From IMG/VR virus record IMGVR_UViG_3300005260_000047: 64,000 nucleotides of DNA; one strand, given 5' to 3'. The notes below the pieces were generated by a model that was given only the letters and a program-made list of their open reading frames with translations, did not search any database and was not told the origin of the DNA. Position numbers and translations under genes: made by a program. The stretch is from a virus (Duplodnaviria > Heunggongvirae > Uroviricota > Caudoviricetes). Of this stretch, positions 53,496 through 60,670 are shown piece by piece (within the stretch, counting starts at the first letter, position 1; the number at the start of each line of letters is the position of its first letter).

Positions 53496-54065
53496 CTATA
53501 CATTTGTCCAAGACCTTCCGGTCTTGATATCAGAAATAGTCGTCTGATCAACGCCAAACTCTTTTGCCAAACGCGATACATCACCCCACCTTGCGGCTTG
53601 CAATCGCCTTTTTATTTCAATCACTTGTGACTTATTCAACGTGGCGGCGGGATTTCGCTCACCTTGAAAGTCGGTTCCATGCTTTTTCTTGTCCGCATGG
53701 TTCGCAGTGACCGTCTTCCACTCAAGATTCGTTAGCGCGTTATTTGAAGGATCGCCATCGTTGTGTGCGCCATGAACATTGCGCGGATCCCCTGGACGCG
53801 ACCCAACAAATGTCTCCAAAACTAAGACGTGAACGGACTCATATTTAACTTCACCGCCCTTCCTCAAACCCACCCGCAAGTAGCCACTAGGTTCTCGCTT
53901 TAGCTTCATCAATGTTGGAGTAGAAGCAAGACTATGGCTATTTCCGGCTCGTCTCGACAGCCAACTTCTGACATTCCCGCTGTCAGAAACGTCGTAAAGT
54001 CCTTCATACCCACGAATCTGCGCCCACTGCTCCATCACTCGATCCTTCTCAAATAAATCACACAC
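53496..54065 (-). CDS. HNH homing endonuclease (NUMOD4-like, HNH, HTH)
   Basis: 'GYEGLYDVSDSGNVRS', 'HGAHNDGDPSNNALTNLEW' and a C-terminal 'FGVDQTTISDI'. Confidence 0.8.
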   Translation of the reverse strand: MCDLFEKDRVMEQWAQIRGYEGLYDVSDSGNVRSWLSRRAGNSHSLASTPTLMKLKREPSGYLRVGLRKGGEVKYESVHVLVLETFVGSRPGDPRNVHGAHNDGDPSNNALTNLEWKTVTANHADKKKHGTDFQGERNPAATLNKSQVIEIKRRLQAARWGDVSRLAKEFGVDQTTISDIKTGRSWTNV

Positions 54066-54388
54066 GACTTTTTTTCGTGCTTTGCGATATGCGGCCCGTA
54101 AATCTTCTGCATATATTTGAACAGTCGCTCCGGTGCGTCGGCAGGATCGTTCGCCAGCTCACGGTGATTTTTCGCGGCATGCAGCAAACATAATTCCCCC
54201 AACTTCCCCGCTTCGATGCGCACAACCTGCGCGCGTCCAAACACTACCTTGTTCTTGCCATCCATCAGAAAGACCTCCTGGCCCTCCTTCAGACGCTTGA
54301 TCAGTGTTCCGCCAAGTCGGAAGGTGTTGAACTCGCTTTCAACGCCCTCGACTGGCGGGATGAAATCTAAAACTGGTATTGCTTCCAT
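54035..54388 (-). CDS. Hypothetical protein
   Basis: 117 aa. Confidence 0.45.
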   Translation of the reverse strand: MEAIPVLDFIPPVEGVESEFNTFRLGGTLIKRLKEGQEVFLMDGKNKVVFGRAQVVRIEAGKLGELCLLHAAKNHRELANDPADAPERLFKYMQKIYGPHIAKHEKKSCVIYLRRIE

Positions 54389-54447
54389 TTGACCTCTCCA
54401 TAACGGGTGACTGACTTACCCATTATAGAAAGGTCTCCTGTTGTTAC

Positions 54448-55455
54448 TTAGGCTGTCAGCATGGCCACCAGCTTGGGGGTCAGCTTTTCAGCGCGAACGA
54501 TATCGGCAAATTCACGCTTGCTGCGGCGCTTACCTTCCCACTCCACGTAACCCTTGCTCGGCTCCGGCAGCTTCTTTTGCTCCAGCAGCACTTCGACCAG
54601 CGAGAATTCCTTGTCGAAGTAAGCCACGCCGGATTCATCAAAGGTCAGCCGCATAGCGGTTTCCTTAAACGGCTTGGTCAGCTTGGATTTCACGCACTGA
54701 ATGTTGATCTTTTGCCCGACGAATTCCTTGCTGCCGGCAACCTGCTGCATGATCTTTTCGCGACCAAGCGCCAGCCGTGCAGTGGCGTAGAATTCCATCG
54801 CCTTGCCGCCAGGCGTGGTGCGCGGGTCGCCGTAGACGACGCCAGGCTTCAGTCGCATTTGGTTCAGGTAGACGAAGATGGCATTGAAGCGCTCGGCATA
54901 CTGCGCCATCGATTTCAGCGTGGTGGAAGTCACGCGCGCCAACGCTGTCGTGTCGTTCATCGAATATTCATCGAAATCTTTTTCCTGCATCGACTTCGGC
55001 ACGGCGGCAGCAATCGAGTCCAGCACGATCAGAACCGGCGCGTCTTCCGCGATCACCTTGTTTTCGCGAATCCATTTGGCATATTTGGCCGCCATCGTAT
55101 TGCCCTGCTCCCATGTTTCCGGCTTTTGATAGAACCACAGCGGCTTGTCCGCCTTTAAGCCGTAACCATGCACGGCGACATCTTCATTGAAGGAGCGCTC
55201 CCAATCGATGAAGCCGGCGGCGCCGCCCATGCTTTGTGCGCGCGCCATCCAGTCGGTCGCCAGCGCGGTCTTGCCGGTGGATGATTCGCCAAATACTTCG
55301 ATCATGCGACCGTAAGGCAAGCCACCTTCGGCGCGGCCAGACATGATCATATTCAGCGGCGCAAAGCCGGTATCGACAAACTGTGTCGGTGTCGCATTGT
55401 CGGCGTTGCCGCCGAAGGCTTTCTCGAAGTCTGCAATTAGTGCAGCGGTTGTCAT
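54448..55455 (-). CDS. RecA/UvsX-family recombinase
   Basis: Walker A 'GESSTGKT' and Walker B 'LIVLDSIAA', a RecA-like core. Confidence 0.75.
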   Translation of the reverse strand: MTTAALIADFEKAFGGNADNATPTQFVDTGFAPLNMIMSGRAEGGLPYGRMIEVFGESSTGKTALATDWMARAQSMGGAAGFIDWERSFNEDVAVHGYGLKADKPLWFYQKPETWEQGNTMAAKYAKWIRENKVIAEDAPVLIVLDSIAAAVPKSMQEKDFDEYSMNDTTALARVTSTTLKSMAQYAERFNAIFVYLNQMRLKPGVVYGDPRTTPGGKAMEFYATARLALGREKIMQQVAGSKEFVGQKINIQCVKSKLTKPFKETAMRLTFDESGVAYFDKEFSLVEVLLEQKKLPEPSKGYVEWEGKRRSKREFADIVRAEKLTPKLVAMLTA

Positions 55456-55463
55456 AATGTTTC

Positions 55464-56366
55464 CTATTGTTTAAAAAGGGTGGTGAACTCGTCCAGGTTT
55501 TTCAGGATCGAGACAAAGGACAGCTCTTCGCAGATGCCGGCGAAGGCGTCGATATCGAACCGGCCGGCATCCATCGTGGTCAGCTCCTTCTTCGGCGGCT
55601 CGACGCGAAACAGTTGCATCAGTTGGAAATTGCGCTTGTAAAGAGCGCGCCCCTCCGGCGAAGCCAGCTTCTTGTGCTTGGTCAGTCGTGGCACAAAGGT
55701 GCCGGTATCGACTTGCTGCCAGAAGTTGCGCACTGAACCGAATTCCGCCAGGAATTCCGGTGCGCCCTTCTCGCCAATGCCGCCCACGCCCGTGATTTCG
55801 TCAGACGTGTCGCCTTGCAAAATCTTCGATTCGAGGAACTGGAAGGGAGATTTGCAGCCGGTCTTGTCGTAGAAATTCTTGTGATCCACGAACTTGGAGT
55901 CGTCGCGCAAATCGCGCCACCAGACGGTCGGGCCAACCAACTGGCGCCAGTCTTCGTCGTCTGTCACCAAGCCGACGCGGTTGTTCGGGTCGGCGGTCAG
56001 CTTGCGCACGAAGTAGCCGGCCAAGTCGTCCGCTTCCTTGTCAGCTACCGTCAACTGCCGCACACCGAGGTGGCGCAGCGCGGTGGTGATGAAGGGAACC
56101 TGCGCCTTGTAAGCGGCTTTTTGCGCCAGCTTGACAGGATCGCTCTTGCGCGATTCCTTGTAGCCAGGGTAAAGCTTGTAGCGCCAGTCAGCGTGTCCAT
56201 CCCACAGCACCAGCGGCGTGTAGGAGGTCGTGCGGGTGCGCAGCGTTTTCATAGTTTTTAAAAACCCGAAAATCGCCTGCGTTTCCATGCCGTTGGCGGT
56301 TAGCTTGGTCGCGTGATTTGCAGCGCGGCCAATTGAGTTAGCGTCAATCAAAAGTGTCTTGGACAT
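55464..56366 (-). CDS. 5'-3' exonuclease / flap endonuclease (FEN, RNase H-like)
   Basis: PIN-like N-terminal 'LLIDANSI' with acidic clusters. H3TH 'GVGGIGEKGA'. Confidence 0.75.
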   Translation of the reverse strand: MSKTLLIDANSIGRAANHATKLTANGMETQAIFGFLKTMKTLRTRTTSYTPLVLWDGHADWRYKLYPGYKESRKSDPVKLAQKAAYKAQVPFITTALRHLGVRQLTVADKEADDLAGYFVRKLTADPNNRVGLVTDDEDWRQLVGPTVWWRDLRDDSKFVDHKNFYDKTGCKSPFQFLESKILQGDTSDEITGVGGIGEKGAPEFLAEFGSVRNFWQQVDTGTFVPRLTKHKKLASPEGRALYKRNFQLMQLFRVEPPKKELTTMDAGRFDIDAFAGICEELSFVSILKNLDEFTTLFKQ

Positions 56367-56435
56367 AATGGTCTCCAGATAGAAGGGGCCGGCCCTTGTG
56401 AGACCGGCCCGTCATCAATCACAGCGATAAGCTGA

Positions 56436-57296
56436 TCAGATGTCGTTCAGGAGATCGTCCAGCTCGGAGTCGAGCGCAACTTCAGTGCTTGCCGGCGCAG
56501 CTTTAGTGCCGGATTCAGCGAAGTCAGGCACGTCTTCGAACGCCTGGGTTGGCGCTGCCAGACGAGAAGCCGAGGTTTTCGGCACGTCGCCGCCCGACGA
56601 GGCTGACGGCGCCGGCAAGAAGCCCGCTACCGAATTGACAGCGGCGATCGCCTTACGCTTTTGCTCTTCAGACTCTTGCGCAACGTATTCATCCAGGTTG
56701 TGCAATTGCGTGAGCGCGGCGGCCGGCACCTTGTAGACTTTCGGGCCGATCTGGGCGTCATACTTCGTGGTCAGGCCAGTGCCTTCGCGGGTCATGATGA
56801 TTTCCTGGCCCATTTCCGGATCCAGCGGCTTGCCTTCCCATTCCATGATGATTTCAGTCAGCTTGGCAAACACGCCGCGCTTGAGTTCGAGAATGACCGG
56901 CGTATTCGGCTGATCGGAGTCGAGCATCAGGGCGTTGACGAGGATGGTCGAGGAAGCTTTTGCTTTCGCCAGCACTTCCATTGCATCATCGTCAGCGCCG
57001 CGCGAGGCGGAAGCCAGAGCGGAGCAGACTTCGCATGGCTTGCCGTAAGTGGCGTTGTTGCACAGGTAGACCGCCTGAAGCTGGTCGGCGGTATCTTTGA
57101 TGAAGTGCTGACCGAAATCATGGAAAAATGTCGGGTCGCCTTCGGGGTTGATTGCGCCGGTTTTGGGATCGACTGCGCGCCAGCCAGGCAGAATGCGGAC
57201 GCGGTTTTTGCCAGGCTTGAGCTTGGCCGTCTTCTCCATTTTCTTCATCGATTTTTTCTTGTTTGCCAGGAGTTCCATCAGTTTTGATTGAGCCAT
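56436..57296 (-). CDS. ssDNA-binding protein, T4 gp32-like (Zn-binding)
   Basis: 'H...H...C-x9-C-x2-C' (LCNNATYGKPCEVC) matches the gp32 zinc-site spacing. The acidic C-terminal tail is 'DSELDDLLNDI'. Confidence 0.55.
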   Translation of the reverse strand: MAQSKLMELLANKKKSMKKMEKTAKLKPGKNRVRILPGWRAVDPKTGAINPEGDPTFFHDFGQHFIKDTADQLQAVYLCNNATYGKPCEVCSALASASRGADDDAMEVLAKAKASSTILVNALMLDSDQPNTPVILELKRGVFAKLTEIIMEWEGKPLDPEMGQEIIMTREGTGLTTKYDAQIGPKVYKVPAAALTQLHNLDEYVAQESEEQKRKAIAAVNSVAGFLPAPSASSGGDVPKTSASRLAAPTQAFEDVPDFAESGTKAAPASTEVALDSELDDLLNDI

Positions 57297-57448
57297 TTTC
57301 GTGTCTTTCTATAAGGATGTTTGAGTTAAAAGTTCGAAGTTCGAAGTTCAATGTCGATCAACCGTCGCCATTGCGGGCCAGGTCGTTATCGACACTATTA
57401 TTATAGTTCAGTTGTGACTTATTTAATCAGCCAAAACTGAGGCAATAA

Positions 57449-58471
57449 TTAAGCAGCCTGACGGCTGACCGCCGATACCGCGCGCGCCTTCACGTCATCA
57501 TGCGCAAGCGTGCGCACCTGGCCTTTGGTTTCTTCGCGGCGGTCAGCGCCCAACTGCACGATCATGTCCTTGCGGTGACGCAACGCCTCGACAGCCCCCT
57601 TGTTGAAGCCTGACAGCATTTCCGCTTCGATCACCATGTTTTTGGCTTGCAGGTATTCCGGATCCATTTTGACGGCGTTTTCAACCATCTTTTCCGTCAC
57701 CTTCTCGCCAGACAGAGACAGTGCCTTGCGATGCTGGTCATACAGCTTGGCTTCGACCACTTCGAAACGCAACTTAACCCGCGCATGCTGTGCTTCCGCG
57801 CGTGCCGCTTCAGCAGCATGGAATGCAAACAATCCCGCCTGCCCCATCATCGCGCTGTCCAGATTGTTGTCGGACACCGTGATGTCGCTCTTGAACGAAT
57901 CAATGTCCAGGTAAAACTGCAATTGCGGCGCTTTCTTGGCCGGCTTCGGGTTCGGATGCGCCGGCTCTTCCAGTGCGGCAGGCGTAGTCGCCATTTCAGC
58001 CACGCCTGCCACAACAGGCGACGCAACGTGCAAAACGGCCGCCTTGACCGGCTCGTCCAACTGCGCTGCGGCTGGCGCGGCTTGTTCGGCGTCGAGTTCC
58101 GCTTGCAGGGCTACCAGCTCGTCCACGTCAGCCTGGCCACCCTGGCGCGCCAGGTCAGCTTGCGCTAGTGCGACCGCGTCATTCGTGGACACTTTGCCTT
58201 TTGCATTCAATTCAGCGGCAGCCGTCGTAATGTCGGCGTCACTTACCACGGCGACGCCTTCTGCGCTCGCCTGGTCGCGTAACTGCTCGGCATCGATTTC
58301 GTCCAATCCATCCAGGTCGGACTCATTCAGCTCGGCGGTCGGTGCCGGCGTCGGTGTCGCTGCGGTCGCCACAGTTGGCGTCACAACCATATCTTTGGTT
58401 TCTGCGTCGAGTTCTGCCATCAGAGCATCCAGCTCTGCATCATCCATCGGGATTTCTTTTTGCGCTGCCAT
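57449..58471 (-). CDS. Hypothetical protein (acidic low-complexity N-terminus; C-terminal domain possibly UvsY-like recombination mediator)
   Basis: It sits next to the SSB and UvsX-like genes. The similarity to UvsY is only a weak pattern match. Confidence 0.4.
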   Translation of the reverse strand: MAAQKEIPMDDAELDALMAELDAETKDMVVTPTVATAATPTPAPTAELNESDLDGLDEIDAEQLRDQASAEGVAVVSDADITTAAAELNAKGKVSTNDAVALAQADLARQGGQADVDELVALQAELDAEQAAPAAAQLDEPVKAAVLHVASPVVAGVAEMATTPAALEEPAHPNPKPAKKAPQLQFYLDIDSFKSDITVSDNNLDSAMMGQAGLFAFHAAEAARAEAQHARVKLRFEVVEAKLYDQHRKALSLSGEKVTEKMVENAVKMDPEYLQAKNMVIEAEMLSGFNKGAVEALRHRKDMIVQLGADRREETKGQVRTLAHDDVKARAVSAVSRQAA

Positions 58472-58551
58472 GTTTATCTCCTATAAGAGTTTGCTTCGTG
58501 ATTCAATACTACCTACCGTTTGCAGGATTTTGTTATTCAGTTGTGACTTAT

Positions 58552-59811
58552 TTATGCAAGCATATCGGCCACCTTTTCAAATATCGCCTTCAAGACTTCC
58601 GCCTTGCTAGAATCGAAAATGATCTGTTGCGCATTGATGCCGCAGACGATTGAGGCATCCAGCGCCGGATCGTAAATCACCCTGCCCGCCAGCTCCGCGG
58701 TGCCACCCTTGACGCCAGGCACGAAGCGCTTGATGGCGGCACTCCCCAACGCTACGATGATCGGCGGCTTGATCAGCGCAATCTCATGGTCAAGAAACGC
58801 CTTGCAGCCGTTGATCTGCCCGTTGGAAAGGAACTTGTCGTTTTTCTTCGCCTTGACCAGCGTCGTGTAATAGCCATCGGCCGGCGACAGCCCGACATCC
58901 GTAATGGCGGCTTTGATGAAATCAGCCGCATCCCCTTCAAGCAGCTTGTCTGCTTTTTCTTCCTGCCAGGATGGGCAGTCTGATACCACCATGAACTTGA
59001 TGTTAGCCTTCATGCGCACGGCCGGATGAGGCTGACCAGCCAAATCGCAACCTTCACACTTGCGGTAATCCTGGATCAAATGAATGATCTTGGTGCGCAA
59101 GAACGGATCCTTCACATCGGTCGAGCGATCCGCCTTGACGCTATCGATAATCAGTCCTGGCATCAGGTCGAGCTGATCCTTGCGGCGATCCAGATGCCGT
59201 GCAGGTTTGCTTCCCGCCTCAATATCGGCAAGCGCACCAACCAGCCGCAGATTCTCGACCACCTTGGCGTTGACCTTCGAGCCTGGCTGTGAAGCTGCCA
59301 GCATGAATTCTTCAGCCGTATCGAAGCGGCCCTTGCATGGCGAATCTTCATCCAATCCATAGACTGCTTCGATCGTGCCGTCGCGCTTCTTTTTCTGCTT
59401 GACGACTTTCCAGCCCCGATTGCGCTCCCGCAATTCAACAATGCGCTTTGCCGTGTTTTCAGAAATGCCCTTGACGCTTGAGAAGGGCGCCAAAAGATGC
59501 TTGTCGTCGGGAATAGTGAAGCGATGTGTGGAGCGGTTGACATCGGGCGGCAAGACCTCGATGCCATACTCGCGCGCATCCTTGACCAGCCCTTCGAGCT
59601 TGTCGTCGCCTACGATCGACAGGCAAGCGGCAAAGTATTCAGCCGGATAGCGCACCCGCAGCCACATTGTCCAATAACTCACAATCGAATATTCAATGGC
59701 GTGTGATCTGTTGAATCCATATCCGGCGAACGCGGCGATCTTGTCGAACAGACTATCTGCCGCCGACTCACTCATGCCATTTTTAAGCGGCTTGACACTC
59801 TTGATTTTCAT
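58552..59811 (-). CDS. DNA polymerase III alpha (DnaE-type) C-terminal fragment, plus a possible UDG-like C-terminal domain
   Basis: '[43 protein letters not shown]' matches DnaE '[35 protein letters not shown]'. This continues where the 60539..62893 ORF loses homology. Confidence 0.7.
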   Translation of the reverse strand: [419 protein letters not shown]

Positions 59812-60496
59812 TATTCATCCTCACTAAATTGTGAATCTGCGTCCGCGACACATCAAACATTTCCGCCAACTTTTGAATGGTGGCACCCTCCGCCCGCTTT
59901 TTCTTTACCTCCAGCTTTTCGCTGTCAGTCAAAAAACGCACGACACGTTTCGCCTCGGTCAGCGGGCCGCCAGCATTGGGCCACTTCTTTCCTGCGCAGA
60001 TATGCCACACGTAGACATCAGGCAAGTTGTAGTCTTTGCCGATCGAAGCAAGCGACTCGTCATTCGCACGCCGGCACCTGATTGCCACAACATCCTTCTC
60101 CTTCAACTTGTGCCAGGAAATCAGCTCGCCTGCTGGTTGCGTTCCGTGCATCAGCTTGTCTTCGCAGTTCTCTGTTGGCGTGCCGTAGCGCAGGTTAGCC
60201 AGTCTATTGTTGGACGGGGTGTTATCACCGTGAAGAACGTAATACCCTTCAGGGCAAGGCCCGACGAACGCCTCCATCACAAGCCGGTGTCCGAAATCAC
60301 AATGCCTAACTCCCGCCACCGAGAACTCAAACCAGTGATAACCCCAAGGGTGGCGACGCGACTTGAGAATTCGCCCGCGCGCCAGCCGCTTATGGCCGTT
60401 CTTGCAGTTAACCATCGAATCAACCCTCCTAACGCGGCCTTGATCCGATACCTCGATCACATTTCCAAACCTGGCGAGTGGCTTCCAGACTTCCAT
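59783..60496 (-). CDS. HNH homing endonuclease inserted within the DnaE gene
   Basis: 'GYYVLHGDNTPSNNRLANLRYGTPTENCEDK' is the HNH motif. C-terminal HTH 'TIQKLAEMFDVSRTQIHNLV'. Confidence 0.8.
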   Translation of the reverse strand: MEVWKPLARFGNVIEVSDQGRVRRVDSMVNCKNGHKRLARGRILKSRRHPWGYHWFEFSVAGVRHCDFGHRLVMEAFVGPCPEGYYVLHGDNTPSNNRLANLRYGTPTENCEDKLMHGTQPAGELISWHKLKEKDVVAIRCRRANDESLASIGKDYNLPDVYVWHICAGKKWPNAGGPLTEAKRVVRFLTDSEKLEVKKKRAEGATIQKLAEMFDVSRTQIHNLVRMNNENQECQAA

Positions 60497-60670
60497 GTTG
60501 ATTACCTTCGATGAATGGGCAAGAAAGACACGTTACACTCACCACTGACTGATGTCAACACCGTCTTTGATGGCGGTTTCAACCGTCCTTTTAATGCCAT
60601 CGACGCACATGAACTTGGCGCTGCGATGCACGCGCTTGATCGTGCCATCCTCCAGCTCGACCTCGATCTC
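59785..60670 (-). mobile_element. ~0.9-kb intervening sequence splitting dnaE (group I intron with an HNH ORF, or a free-standing HEG insertion)
   Basis: DnaE homology stops ~43 codons before the stop of ORF 60539..62893 and resumes at residue ~10 of ORF 58552..59811. The HNH ORF fills the gap. Confidence 0.5.

Noticed and set aside
57328-57352. AGTTCGA x3 tandem (aagttcgaagttcgaagttcaa) as a tRNA T-arm or functional repeat
   Set aside because: It is too short and lacks the flanking cloverleaf. It is a probable chance microsatellite in the gp32 promoter region.
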